IMG/VR virus record: IMGVR_UViG_3300027833_001604
Coordinates: 1-64,000 of that record
DNA from: a virus
Length of the DNA: 64,000 nt
Strand: one strand, 5' to 3'
Of this stretch, positions 18,646 through 28,663 are shown piece by piece. The notes below the pieces were generated by a model. It was not told the DNA's origin, ran no database searches, and was given only the letters and a program-made list of their open reading frames with translations. The position numbers were made by a program, and so were the translations under genes. How positions within the stretch are numbered: the first letter of the stretch is position 1; the number at the start of each line of letters is the position of its first letter.

Positions 18646-18665
18646 CAGTTTAAACCTGTTATAAT
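18637..18665 (+). promoter_or_regulatory. sigma70-type promoter of the replication operon
   Basis: TTGACA-N17-TATAAT with TG extension. Confidence 0.85.
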
Positions 18666-18699
18666 ATATACAATTACACACAAACACAGAGGTAGTAAA

Positions 18700-18954
18700 A
18701 TGACATCATTTTCTGAAGCAGACGTAAACAAATTGAAGCATCTTATTAAAGAAGGCATTCAAGTAACACAAGAAGTAGAAACCTTGCGAGAAGGACTTCG
18801 CGATACAGTAAAAGCAATCGCAGAAGAGATGGATATTAAGCCATCAATTCTTAATAAAGCAGTAAAGGTTGCATATAAGGCAGAATTTGCCAAAGCACGT
18901 GATGAGTTCGATGAACTTGAAACAATCCTAACAACAGTGGGCCGTGATACTTAA
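18700..18954 (+). CDS. DsbA/GapR-like dsDNA-binding protein
   Basis: Helical 84 aa, LREGLRDTVKAIAEEMDIKPSILNKAVK pattern, directly upstream of the polymerase. Confidence 0.65.
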   Translation: MTSFSEADVNKLKHLIKEGIQVTQEVETLREGLRDTVKAIAEEMDIKPSILNKAVKVAYKAEFAKARDEFDELETILTTVGRDT

Positions 18955-21647
18955 TGAGTTATGTAGACGGTTATTTTAATAGAGATAAAGATTGTCTACA
19001 CGTAGTAGAACGAGTTAATGGTGAACGAAAGTTTAAAGACTTTCCTGCACGTTATCAGTTTTACTATAAAGACCCACGTGGCAAATATACAAGTATATTT
19101 GGCGATAAACTTGATCGTGTTGTATGCAACACAAGTAAAAAGTTTAATACAGAGAAAAAGATTCACGGACATAAAAAGTTATTTGAAAGTGATCTTAATC
19201 CACTTTTTAGATGCTTTTCCGAGAACTATGATCCTACGGAAACACCAGAACTGCACACAGCATTTTTCGATATTGAGACAGATTTTGATATGGAAAAGGG
19301 CTTTGCGCCACCTGAAGATCCGTTTAATAGCATAACAGCAATCAGTTTACATTTAAGTTGGTTGACAAGAACTATCTGTCTTACAATTAAACCTAAAACA
19401 TTAACTAAAGAACAAGCACAGGCAACATGTGATAAGTTTGAAGATACAGTATTGTTTGATACCGAAGCAGGTATGCTTGAAGCATTTTTAGACTTAATAG
19501 ATGATGCAGATATTTTAACTGGTTGGAACAGCGAAGGCTTTGATATTCCATATACTGTTAATCGTGTAGCAAGAGTATTAAGCAAAAGCCATACTAGGCA
19601 GTTTTGTTTATGGGGGCAGTATCCTAAACGTAGAACATTTGAACGCTTTGGTGCAGAAAACGAAACATTTGATTTACTAGGCAGAGTTCATTTAGACTAC
19701 ATGCAATTGTATCGTAAGTATACATATCACGAAATGCATTCCTATAGTTTGGATGCAATTGGCGAATATGAACTTAATGAACGTAAAGTTGATTATGAAG
19801 GAACACTAGATCAGTTATATAACAATGACTTTGAAACTTTTATTGCATATTCTAGGCAAGACGTTGACTTGTTGGTAAGACTGGACGCTAAATTACAGTT
19901 TATTGACTTAGCTAATGTGTTAGCACACTCTAACACAGTGCTTCTGCAAACAACAATGGGTGCGGTTGCACAAACAGACCAAGCTATTGTTAACGAAGCA
20001 CATCAGCAAGGCTTTATTGTTCCCGATAAGAAGTTTGATAAAGACACTACACAAGCTGCAGGCGCCTATGTTGCAGATCCTAAACGTGGAATGCACAAGT
20101 GGATTGGTAGTATGGATTTAAACTCACTGTATCCTAGTATTATTCGTAGTTGTAATATGAGCACCGAGACTATTATTGGTCAAGTGCGTCATACATTTAC
20201 ACGTGACTTGCTAGACAAGGCAAAAACAATTCCAGAAGCATGGGAGGGTCGTTTTGCAACACCAGAGTATGAACTTGTTATGGACAAAGATACAACAGAG
20301 CTCATGCATATTGACTTTGAAAACGGCGATGCGTTTGAAGCCACTGGCGCAGAGATATATGAAATTGTGTTTAACAGTGGACAACCTTGGATTATTAGTG
20401 CTAACGGAACTATCTTTACATACGAGAAAAAAGGTATTATTCCTGGCTTGCTAGAGCGTTGGTATGCTGAACGTAAAGAACTGCAAGCAAAGGCAGTAGC
20501 GGCACGTGAAGAAGGTGGCGATAAGTTTGCGTTTTGGGATAAGCGACAGTTGGTTAAAAAGATTAACTTGAACAGTTTGTATGGTGCGTTACTTAATCCT
20601 GGCAGTAGATTCTTTGACAGTAGACTAGGACAATCAACTACACTTACAGGGCGTAGTATTGCACGACATATGGCTGCAAAGTGTAATGAGATTATGGCAG
20701 GCGAATATGATCATGTAGGCAAAAGCATTGTTTATGGTGATACTGACTCTACATACTTTAGTGCATATCCTATTCTCAAGCCTGAGATAGACAAAGGTGA
20801 AATACAATGGGATAAAGATACTATTACAAGTTACTATGAAGCAGTGTGTGAAGAAGTCAACAAAACATTTCCTAACTATATGAATAAAGCGTTCCATACT
20901 ACAGTAGAGTTGGGTGCAATTATTGCCGCTGGTAGAGAAATATCAGCACAGTCAGGATTGTTTATTACTAAGAAGCGTTATGCAGCATTAGTATATGACA
21001 ACGAAGGCAAGCGTGAAGATAAAGATGGTAAGCCAGGCAAGGTAAAAGCAATGGGCTTGGACTTGAAGCGTAGTGATACGCCGGCATTTATGCAAGAGTT
21101 CCTTAAAGAATTGTTAATGACTACACTAACAGACGGCACTGAAGAAGATGTTATCAAACGTATTATTGAATTCCGCAAAGAGTTTCGTAGTATGGATAGT
21201 TGGAAAAAAGGCACCCCAAAACGTGTTAATAATCTAACAAAGTTCCGTGGTATTGTTAATAACTATGATAAGACAAAGAATAAAGCTATTAGAGATGGAC
21301 GTAGTGCTAACGATGTTAAGAAACCTGCATTACCAGGACACGTTAGAGCCGCATTAAATTGGAATACCTTGCGTGACATCAATAATGACAAGTATAGTAT
21401 TGAAATTAATGATGGTATGAAAACTATTGTTTGTAAATTAAAAGATAATCCACTAGGCTACACAAGTGTTGGGTATCCTACAGATGAAACACGTTTACCT
21501 CAATGGTTTACTGAACTACCATTCGATGATGACTTAATGGAACATACTATTATTACTAAAAAGTTAGAAAACTTATTAGGTGTTTTAAAGTGGGATTTGG
21601 ATGCTGGTGCGGCACGTAATACGTTTGCTGATTTGTTTGATTTTTAA
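18954..21647 (+). CDS. polB: family B DNA polymerase
   Basis: Exonuclease FDIETD and GWNSEGFDIPY; polymerase DLNSLYPS, KINLNSLYG, YGDTDS, KKRYA. Confidence 0.97.
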   Translation: MSYVDGYFNRDKDCLHVVERVNGERKFKDFPARYQFYYKDPRGKYTSIFGDKLDRVVCNTSKKFNTEKKIHGHKKLFESDLNPLFRCFSENYDPTETPELHTAFFDIETDFDMEKGFAPPEDPFNSITAISLHLSWLTRTICLTIKPKTLTKEQAQATCDKFEDTVLFDTEAGMLEAFLDLIDDADILTGWNSEGFDIPYTVNRVARVLSKSHTRQFCLWGQYPKRRTFERFGAENETFDLLGRVHLDYMQLYRKYTYHEMHSYSLDAIGEYELNERKVDYEGTLDQLYNNDFETFIAYSRQDVDLLVRLDAKLQFIDLANVLAHSNTVLLQTTMGAVAQTDQAIVNEAHQQGFIVPDKKFDKDTTQAAGAYVADPKRGMHKWIGSMDLNSLYPSIIRSCNMSTETIIGQVRHTFTRDLLDKAKTIPEAWEGRFATPEYELVMDKDTTELMHIDFENGDAFEATGAEIYEIVFNSGQPWIISANGTIFTYEKKGIIPGLLERWYAERKELQAKAVAAREEGGDKFAFWDKRQLVKKINLNSLYGALLNPGSRFFDSRLGQSTTLTGRSIARHMAAKCNEIMAGEYDHVGKSIVYGDTDSTYFSAYPILKPEIDKGEIQWDKDTITSYYEAVCEEVNKTFPNYMNKAFHTTVELGAIIAAGREISAQSGLFITKKRYAALVYDNEGKREDKDGKPGKVKAMGLDLKRSDTPAFMQEFLKELLMTTLTDGTEEDVIKRIIEFRKEFRSMDSWKKGTPKRVNNLTKFRGIVNNYDKTKNKAIRDGRSANDVKKPALPGHVRAALNWNTLRDINNDKYSIEINDGMKTIVCKLKDNPLGYTSVGYPTDETRLPQWFTELPFDDDLMEHTIITKKLENLLGVLKWDLDAGAARNTFADLFDF

Positions 21648-21653
21648 TAAATA
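21647..21653 (+). promoter_or_regulatory. late promoter, leaderless arrangement
   Basis: ATAAATA-ctagt-ATG(21659). Confidence 0.72.
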
Positions 21654-21658
21654 CTAGT

Positions 21659-21868
21659 ATGGAATATATTGGAATAATAACAACAGTAGTTTTCCTATCT
21701 ATATTATGGTTCTTTATAGTGCTATTAGTATGTAAGAAAATGAATATCAAAAAAGATGCACCTTTTTCTAAGATCATGTGCTGTCTTATTGTAATGGGAC
21801 CCATTGGTTGGAGTCTTCTTTTAGTGGCAATTGCCTACGAATTAGTGGATAAACTCACTAAAAAGTAG
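21659..21868 (+). CDS. two-TM small membrane protein
   Basis: Two hydrophobic helices. Confidence 0.65.
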   Translation: MEYIGIITTVVFLSILWFFIVLLVCKKMNIKKDAPFSKIMCCLIVMGPIGWSLLLVAIAYELVDKLTKK

Positions 21869-21901
21869 TAAAATTACATAAAAATAATCAAAAAAACTTA
21901 T

Positions 21902-21928
21902 AAACCCTTGCATTTCAAGGGTTTTTTT
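21902..21928 (+). terminator. rho-independent terminator
   Basis: aaacccttg-cattt-caagggttt plus T tract. Confidence 0.88.
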
Positions 21929-21941
21929 ATGCCTATAAAGG

Positions 21942-21970
21942 TTGACAACCAAGACATCTTATCGTATAAT
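21942..21970 (+). promoter_or_regulatory. sigma70 early promoter with AAGACATCTT spacer element
   Basis: TTGACA-acc-AAGACATCTT-atcg-TATAAT (17-bp spacer). Confidence 0.88.
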
Positions 21971-21999
21971 ATATGTATAAGTTAAGAAAAGAGGGTTAA

Positions 22000-22473
22000 A
22001 TGACAGTTGTAGTTAACATCAAAGGCGGAAGCAAAACACAAAAGAAACATACTAGAACAATGGTAGAGTTTTGTGTTAATATGCTTATGCCACGTATGAA
22101 AACACTAGAAATTAATGTTCATATTAAAGACTTCAAAGAAGATGATTCTTATGGATACGCTATTGCAACAAATGAGGCATGTGATGTTCGTCCTAGAGAG
22201 TTTGATGTTGATATAAATAAACACACTAGGTTACGTAGACTACTTGAAACAGTAGCACACGAAATGGTGCATGTAAAACAGTTTGCACGTGGTGAATTAT
22301 ACCAGAGTTCAATGACAGCAAAGCATCGTTGGCAGGGTAAATGGCAACGTGGTGAAAAACATTATTATGATTTACCTTGGGAGATTGAGGCTCACGGTAG
22401 AGAAATTGGTCTATTCGTAAGATGGGCAGAACAGTTTGGCCATGCCAACAAAGCATGGACACAAGAAGACTAA
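22000..22473 (+). CDS. zincin-like metallopeptidase domain protein
   Basis: AHEMVHVKQ (HExxH) and PWEIEA. Confidence 0.8.
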   Translation: MTVVVNIKGGSKTQKKHTRTMVEFCVNMLMPRMKTLEINVHIKDFKEDDSYGYAIATNEACDVRPREFDVDINKHTRLRRLLETVAHEMVHVKQFARGELYQSSMTAKHRWQGKWQRGEKHYYDLPWEIEAHGREIGLFVRWAEQFGHANKAWTQED

Positions 22474-22496
22474 ATTTAACAAGAGCAGGAAATACT

Positions 22497-23018
22497 ATGA
22501 TAAAACTTATTACTTCTTTAGTCCTAATAATTGGATTGTCAACTACAACTAGAGCAGATAGTCAAACATTTGCATTTGATCAAAAAGACTTCCCAGAAGT
22601 GCATTGTTTGGCACTTAATATCTATTACGAAGCACGTGGTAGTAACTTTGCAGATCAAGTTGGTGTAGCAGACGTTGTATTAAATCGTGTAAACGACAGA
22701 CGTTATCCAGACTCAGTATGTGGCGTTGTTCAGCAAGGGAAGAAAACGCCTAGTTGGAAAGATTCTAGCGTAATGATTATGGTTCGTAACATGTGTCAGT
22801 TCAGCTGGTATTGTGATGGTAAGGCTGACAATCCACACCAAGGTGATGCATGGGTTAATGCACAAACAGTAGCATGGCGAATTATGCAGTTTGGTGAGTT
22901 CCGTGGTATAAGCGAAGGCGCAACACATTATCATGCAACATATGTAGATCCTAATTGGGCAGGATCATTGCAAATGGTAGGAACAATAGGCAAGCATATC
23001 TTCTACAGGTGGAATTAA
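22497..23018 (+). CDS. cell wall hydrolase (SleB/Hydrolase_2)
   Basis: Signal peptide; CLALNIYYEARG, VLNRV, CQFSWYCDG, GATHYHA, IGKHIFY. Confidence 0.92.
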   Translation: MIKLITSLVLIIGLSTTTRADSQTFAFDQKDFPEVHCLALNIYYEARGSNFADQVGVADVVLNRVNDRRYPDSVCGVVQQGKKTPSWKDSSVMIMVRNMCQFSWYCDGKADNPHQGDAWVNAQTVAWRIMQFGEFRGISEGATHYHATYVDPNWAGSLQMVGTIGKHIFYRWN

Positions 23019-23689
23019 TGAATCACAAAGACTTTAAAGAACCACAATATCTAAAGAGTAAATTCTTCAAAGAGTTTACACTAGGAGTAGATGAACCTGG
23101 TCGCTATAATTGGATAGAAAAAGGCGAGAAAGAATTGGGATGTGCATTAGGATATACTGAAACTTGTGTAGAATATTTTATCAACAGTTGGCGTTATAGA
23201 GGACAACTACTTCCAGAAGAAGGTGCAGATGCAGCATTTGGTTGCAGTTATACATTTGGATACGGAGTTAATGTTAGTTGGCCAGCACTAATGGGTGTTG
23301 TAAATTGTGGACAAAGCGGTGTAAGTAATGATGCAATTGCTAGACTGGCAATCACATATTGTAAAACATTTAATCCTAAAAATATATATGTAATGTGGAC
23401 GTTTGCAGGCAGGCGAGAACATGCAAATGGAACAGGTGTAGAGCGTTTCAAATTAAAACCTGGCAATAAAATTTTTGATGCATATACTATACTATCAAAT
23501 GACGGATCTGATTTATATAATACACAAAAGAATCAGTTACTACTAGAAAGCTTCTGTGAAGCAAATGACATTAATTTACATCAATTAACTGTTAACTATT
23601 TTAACAAAGATGAGTATCCTTTAGCTAGAGATAATATGCATCCAGGACCAGATTGGCATTTAAATGTTAGCTCATCACTCTCAACTTAA
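23018..23689 (+). CDS. SGNH-like protein
   Basis: AFGCSYTFGYG, NCGQSGVSND, ARDNMHPG. Confidence 0.65.
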   Translation: MNHKDFKEPQYLKSKFFKEFTLGVDEPGRYNWIEKGEKELGCALGYTETCVEYFINSWRYRGQLLPEEGADAAFGCSYTFGYGVNVSWPALMGVVNCGQSGVSNDAIARLAITYCKTFNPKNIYVMWTFAGRREHANGTGVERFKLKPGNKIFDAYTILSNDGSDLYNTQKNQLLLESFCEANDINLHQLTVNYFNKDEYPLARDNMHPGPDWHLNVSSSLST

Positions 23690-24467
23690 AGATTGGTTTG
23701 ACAAACACAACGAACTTGGCGGCTATGTCGCTAGTTGTTATGTTGACTGGAATATAGTAACCAGTCCTTTGTATGAATTTATAAAGTTATTAGAAGCATA
23801 TAAAAAAATTGAATATCTTGATATAGAAGATTTTGCACAATCTGAGGTGATGGATAATACTATGCCTGATAGATGGATAATGGAAGATATCAGTAAAATT
23901 AAATATCTTACCGAAGAAATAATGGCAGATTCACTATTATTTCATCCACAGATTATACACGAACCATGGTTTGATAGATATAGAGTTCATCCGGGCAGTG
24001 GCAGAGCAATAGCATTATGGTTATGTGGATATAAACAGTTTAAAACAATATACACACACTTTGATGAGGCAGGGTTTGCTCCACCAGGTCACACTATAAA
24101 ATTAGACAGTTGGGAAAGTTTAGCCAAGGAGATTATTTGCACAGGACCCGCAAACAGTTTTCGCAGTGCATATGATGTAGAGACGTTTAGAGCCTTTCCA
24201 AAATTACACAAAGATATAAAACATACCAGACAAAAAGACATTGAATGGGCTCCGAATTTTACTAGCAGTAAACCTTGGGAGTTCTTGATATATAGCGAAG
24301 GTAAGGAATTCTTACACTTTAAACGAGAATGGCGTTCACACAGTTATGACATGTATACTGACTTACAACACAGTATTACTCAAATAGGTAGGACTATTTT
24401 TGAGTTTAAAAAAGATAAAGTAGTGCGAGTAATTAGAGGCGATGAAACATATAATATCGTTGACTAA
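23664..24467 (+). CDS. hypothetical protein (possible ParB/Srx-like segment)
   Basis: YRVHPGSGRAIAL. Confidence 0.5.
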   Translation: MLAHHSQLKDWFDKHNELGGYVASCYVDWNIVTSPLYEFIKLLEAYKKIEYLDIEDFAQSEVMDNTMPDRWIMEDISKIKYLTEEIMADSLLFHPQIIHEPWFDRYRVHPGSGRAIALWLCGYKQFKTIYTHFDEAGFAPPGHTIKLDSWESLAKEIICTGPANSFRSAYDVETFRAFPKLHKDIKHTRQKDIEWAPNFTSSKPWEFLIYSEGKEFLHFKREWRSHSYDMYTDLQHSITQIGRTIFEFKKDKVVRVIRGDETYNIVD

Positions 24468-24507
24468 ATTACTGTTTTAATGTATAATAAATTTAATTAC
24501 ATAAATA
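24460..24507 (+). promoter_or_regulatory. sigma70 promoter plus late promoter upstream of queD
   Basis: TTGACT-N17-TATAAT (24460-24488) and ATAAATA (24501-24507). Confidence 0.75.
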
Positions 24508-24512
24508 CATAC

Positions 24513-24572
24513 GAGGACTTAAAATGGATCGACCCTCTCTAAATACTCCGCTCCTAGCAAACATTAAAGGAG
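24513..24572 (+). ncRNA. candidate cis-regulatory leader RNA of queD
   Basis: GAGG/CCTC and TGGA/TCCG interleaved pairings; CTCCT complementary to the AGGAG RBS. Confidence 0.35.
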
Positions 24573-24578
24573 AAGAAT

Positions 24579-25028
24579 ATGCCAAATTATTTTAGCACAA
24601 AAAGATACGGACACAACATCGGATTATCCGCAGTGTTCCGTCAACCAAATGCAGAGCATTCGCATTGCCATTTGTTGCATGGTTACAGTTTAGCATTTAA
24701 ATTTACATTTGCTTGTGATGAACTTGATAACAAAAACTGGGCAGTTGACTTTGGTGGACTAAAGCCACTAAAGAAATGGTTGGAAGATAACTTTGATCAT
24801 AAGACAGTTATTGACAGAGAAGATCCATTCTTATATAAGTTCGCAGAACTTGAGAACATGGGATTAGCAGAAATTGTAGTAATGGATGGAGTAGGCGCAG
24901 AAAAGTTTGCCGAACATGCATTTAACTTTGCAAATAACTTAATTAAAGAAAAGAGTAATGGGCGTTGTTGGTGTGTAGAGGCTGAAGTTGCCGAACACGG
25001 TGCCAACTCAGCAATCTACAGAGGATAA
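24579..25028 (+). CDS. queD: 6-carboxy-5,6,7,8-tetrahydropterin synthase
   Basis: HCHLLHGY, VDFGGLK, FDH, AEKFAE, VAEH. Confidence 0.88.
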   Translation: MPNYFSTKRYGHNIGLSAVFRQPNAEHSHCHLLHGYSLAFKFTFACDELDNKNWAVDFGGLKPLKKWLEDNFDHKTVIDREDPFLYKFAELENMGLAEIVVMDGVGAEKFAEHAFNFANNLIKEKSNGRCWCVEAEVAEHGANSAIYRG

Positions 25029-25037
25029 TAAATTAAT

Positions 25038-26882
25038 ATGAGAATAGCAGTAATTGGTTGCGGCTTTGTCGGCAGCACAGTAGCTAACTTCTTGGAGAAG
25101 AATGGCAGCAATGATGGCATAGAAATTGTTAGAATTGATCCTAAAATTGAAGGTGCACCAACCATTGAGGAAGTAAACGATTTAGATGCAGCTATCTTAT
25201 GTTTAAATGCACCCACCAATGAGTTTAACTCAATAGTTGAGGTTGGTTTAACTAGGTTATATGTTGATACTATTCAAGCACAGTTTGGCAACATACCTGT
25301 TATGATTAAAAGCACTATGCCTATGTTTACTGATTTTAAAAATATAGGTAATGAGTGGGCGAATCACGTAGTTTACAATCCTGAGTTTTTAACTGCTGCA
25401 AATGCCGAAGAAGATTTTGCAAATCAACAGTTGTTTGTTTTAGGAATTGATCCATCTGTTATAACACATGATTCACCAGCAGAAGAAAACAAAGATGCAA
25501 GGTTTTGGACAAATATATTTGCACCTAGTTTACCAAACACTGAGTTCATTTACACAGATAGAGAAACAGCAATAATGGTCAAGTATACACACAATGCTTG
25601 GTTGGCTACAAAGATTACATTTTTTCATTCGTTAAGCCAACTCATGCCAGGAGTATCCAACTACGAAGAAATGACTAATATACTAGCTAAGTTTCCTAAC
25701 ATAGGACCTAGTCATATGAAGGTTCCTAATGCAATTGGTGGACTTGGATATGAAGGATTTTGTTTTCCAAAAGATATGAAAGCATTAGAAGGTATAACAC
25801 AGTCAACATTGTTAGATGCAATAATACATGAAAATCATCTATTAGCTGCTACACAGAAACCTAAAAATAATATAGAATCATCTCTTCAAAAAAAAATTCC
25901 AAAAAATGACTTCATAATAGTTCTAGGAACTAGTCATACATTTGGTGAATGTAATAGTATTAGAATTCCTTCTTATGTAAAAACATTACAGTCGCACATT
26001 GACATGGACATAGTCGAAGTTGGAAACTCAGGAGCAAGGAATATAGATTTAATTGCAACGCTAACCGAATTAAACGATCTAGGTTTCCTTAATGAGCGTT
26101 GTAAACTTGTGTTAGTAGAGCCACGTGTAAAAGATCCAGTAATATCTACATCAATTGATACCATTATTGGTGAAAAACAGATGCGTAAGCTACTAGTTGC
26201 AGAGAATAATCGAACAATAAATCTTTGTAGAACTTCACTTGGATTTGATGATGATAGCTATGGTAAACCAATTAAATGGCCGGTTACTACTAGAGAGTCT
26301 ATAGGAATAAAATCAGGGCCTGGAAACTTACATAATGCTAAAGAAAGATTAGATGGTAGACTTGGGCTATCTGCACACACAGATGCAGATAAAAAACAAC
26401 TGGTAAAAGATATATGGGAAAAGAATGATGCATTTGGTGGAGATAATTCAGTTAATGAGTGGTTAACTAGTGCAACACATGAGATAACTACTACAGCAGA
26501 GGGTATGTTAAACCTGTTAAATGATTTAACTTTAATAGAATCTATGGCAGCTATAGTAAAAAACAAAGGTATTGGATTTAGGTGGTTTGTAATGGACGAC
26601 AGAGATAAAGAAATAAGTATGTTACAGTTTTTAAATAGCAAGACGTCTGACATATTTAAAGACAGATTATTAAGCAAATCAATTCAACGATTAATGCTTG
26701 ACTTGTTACCCCATAAAAAACCGACACAGTTTCATGAAGCTTTAAGCTTCAATGAAGCTTATAACCATTTATTATGTGATTGTGGACATTATTCAGAAAC
26801 AGGTAACCAATACATTGCAAACAATATTATTGGACCAGCAGTAAGTAAGACATTAAATAAAATTTCTAGGAGAGAAAAGTGA
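25038..26882 (+). CDS. UDP-glucose/GDP-mannose dehydrogenase-like domain fused to SGNH-like domain
   Basis: [35 protein letters not shown]; then LGTSHTFG ... GHY. Confidence 0.75.
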   Translation: MRIAVIGCGFVGSTVANFLEKNGSNDGIEIVRIDPKIEGAPTIEEVNDLDAAILCLNAPTNEFNSIVEVGLTRLYVDTIQAQFGNIPVMIKSTMPMFTDFKNIGNEWANHVVYNPEFLTAANAEEDFANQQLFVLGIDPSVITHDSPAEENKDARFWTNIFAPSLPNTEFIYTDRETAIMVKYTHNAWLATKITFFHSLSQLMPGVSNYEEMTNILAKFPNIGPSHMKVPNAIGGLGYEGFCFPKDMKALEGITQSTLLDAIIHENHLLAATQKPKNNIESSLQKKIPKNDFIIVLGTSHTFGECNSIRIPSYVKTLQSHIDMDIVEVGNSGARNIDLIATLTELNDLGFLNERCKLVLVEPRVKDPVISTSIDTIIGEKQMRKLLVAENNRTINLCRTSLGFDDDSYGKPIKWPVTTRESIGIKSGPGNLHNAKERLDGRLGLSAHTDADKKQLVKDIWEKNDAFGGDNSVNEWLTSATHEITTTAEGMLNLLNDLTLIESMAAIVKNKGIGFRWFVMDDRDKEISMLQFLNSKTSDIFKDRLLSKSIQRLMLDLLPHKKPTQFHEALSFNEAYNHLLCDCGHYSETGNQYIANNIIGPAVSKTLNKISRREK

Positions 26883-27238
26883 CATATGTAGTAAAAGACG
26901 ATTGTATCAAATGCAAATACACTGATTGTGTCGCAGTATGCCCAGTGGATTGTTTCTATGAAGGCGAAAACTTTCTAGTTATTAATCCAGAAGAGTGCAT
27001 TGACTGTGGTGTATGCGAACCAGAATGTCCAGCAGGTGCTATTGTGCCTGATACAGCATTAGATAAGAACGATCCAATAGATTGGGTTGCAGTAAATCAA
27101 AAGTATGCAGATATGTGGCCAGTGATTACCGAACAAATTGACCCTATGCCTGATGCAGATAAGTTCAATCCCAAAGAGGGATATGATGGTCCTAACAAGT
27201 TTAGTGAGTTAAGTGAAAAGCCCGGAGAGGGAAATTAG
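26879..27238 (+). CDS. fdxA: 7Fe ferredoxin (FdxA family)
   Basis: [21 protein letters not shown]...[12 protein letters not shown]. Confidence 0.93.
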   Translation: MTYVVKDDCIKCKYTDCVAVCPVDCFYEGENFLVINPEECIDCGVCEPECPAGAIVPDTALDKNDPIDWVAVNQKYADMWPVITEQIDPMPDADKFNPKEGYDGPNKFSELSEKPGEGN

Positions 27239-27259
27239 AATATAAGCCAGGAGGCAAAG

Positions 27260-27394
27260 ATGGGTAAAAGGAATATACCGTTTATAGCAAGCAAACGTGG
27301 ACAACCACAAGCAAAGAAAAACATGAGTCATGGAACGTTTAAAGTTAAACGTAAACCAAATAGTAAAAGAGTTACTAACGGCTCAATGAAATAA
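27260..27394 (+). CDS. small basic protein (44 aa, not in ORF track)
   Basis: AGGAGG RBS; MGKRNIPFIASKRGQPQAKKNMSHGTFKVKRKPNSKRVTNGSMK. Confidence 0.7.
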   Translation: MGKRNIPFIASKRGQPQAKKNMSHGTFKVKRKPNSKRVTNGSMK

Positions 27395-27405
27395 AGGAGC
27401 AAAAA

Positions 27406-27735
27406 ATGCCAGATAAAACAATGCAAGAAATACTAAAGCAAGTTGAAGAAGTAATGGAAAAATATGTGAATCCAAATGTAGCAATGCATGGTGGTAAAAT
27501 TAACATAATCAAATTTGATGAAACGACTGGATTTTTACACACACAAATGAGTGGAAGTTGTAGTGGATGTGCTAGTAGCACAGAAACACTTAAAATGGGT
27601 GTAGAAAATACACTAATGCATTTTATTCCAGAAATCAATGGCGTTACAAGTGAGGATGATCCAATGTTTAATGACCCATACTATGTAGCCGATCATGGAA
27701 TGATGGACGACTTCCCGCCAATGGACAATGATTAA
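27406..27735 (+). CDS. NifU-C/NfuA Fe-S carrier domain protein
   Basis: VNPNVAMHGG...GSCSGCASSTETLKMGVE...PEI. Confidence 0.9.
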   Translation: MPDKTMQEILKQVEEVMEKYVNPNVAMHGGKINIIKFDETTGFLHTQMSGSCSGCASSTETLKMGVENTLMHFIPEINGVTSEDDPMFNDPYYVADHGMMDDFPPMDND

Positions 27736-28251
27736 GTGAACATCAAAGATTACATAAGAACAGTTCCAGATTATCCTATCGAGGGTGTGAACTTTTATGA
27801 TGTTAACAGCTTGTTTGCTAGTAACTTATGGACAAGCGAAGTAGAAGATATTGCAAAAAGAATACAAGACAGTATTGAGTTTCTGCCAACACATATTGTT
27901 GGTATTGAAAGCCGAGGTTTTGTATTAGGTGCAGCATTATCACAAGAATTAGATATACCCTTTGTTATGATAAGGAAGAAAGGTGCTAAATACCCAGGTA
28001 AGCTGCTCGAAGAAAGCTACGAACTTGAGTATGGGACCGATACACTTACACTACAAGAGGGTATATTAGGTCATACAAGCAGAGTTCTTATAGCAGACGA
28101 CTTAGTTGCTACAGGGGGAAGTATGAACGCTAGTAAACTCTTATGTGAGCAAACTGGTGCAATAGTATTAGGTGGAGTTACGATAGTTAACTTAAAATAC
28201 CTAAACGGAGAAGAGATGGAACTCTTGTCCTCAGTGGAGATAGAACAATGA
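27736..28251 (+). CDS. apt: adenine phosphoribosyltransferase
   Basis: IRTVPDYP, GIESRGF, IRKKG, YELEYG, IADDLVATGGS. Confidence 0.93.
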   Translation: MNIKDYIRTVPDYPIEGVNFYDVNSLFASNLWTSEVEDIAKRIQDSIEFLPTHIVGIESRGFVLGAALSQELDIPFVMIRKKGAKYPGKLLEESYELEYGTDTLTLQEGILGHTSRVLIADDLVATGGSMNASKLLCEQTGAIVLGGVTIVNLKYLNGEEMELLSSVEIEQ

Positions 28252-28652
28252 TAGAAGTTAGCCAAAAAGCAAAAGAATATATGAAGGGTATTGCAGACGC
28301 AGACGCCACACCAGGCAAAGTAGTATTCCTTGGAATTAAAGGTGGTGGTTGTTCAGGGTTCAGTTACGATTGGTCGTTAAAAACAGAAGAAGAACTTGAT
28401 GAATATTCAGATGAGATTATTGATCTGGAAAACGGCACTAAACTTGCAATTGATGGAACAAGTTTAATGTATCTATATGGTAGTCAAATTAATCTAAAGC
28501 AAGATTTGTTTGGCACTACATTAGAGATATCAGCGCCATCAACAGCAAGCTCATGTGGATGTGGAGAAAGCATCAACTTTGATATGACAAAAGTTGAAGG
28601 CAATATGGACTTAATTAAAGAATTAAAAATACCTACAGAACAAAAAGCATAA
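28248..28652 (+). CDS. A-type Fe-S carrier (IscA/SufA/HesB)
   Basis: GGGCSGFSY and CGCGES. Confidence 0.92.
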   Translation: MIEVSQKAKEYMKGIADADATPGKVVFLGIKGGGCSGFSYDWSLKTEEELDEYSDEIIDLENGTKLAIDGTSLMYLYGSQINLKQDLFGTTLEISAPSTASSCGCGESINFDMTKVEGNMDLIKELKIPTEQKA

Positions 28653-28663
28653 AGGAAAATAAA

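Noticed and set aside
18954-21647. Intein or intron in the DNA polymerase
   Set aside because: The 897-aa ORF is continuous with normal motif spacing and no intein signatures.
24579-25028. Complete 7-deazaguanine DNA modification pathway
   Set aside because: Only queD is present. No folE, queC, recognisable queE or dpdA is in this window, so DNA modification cannot be claimed.
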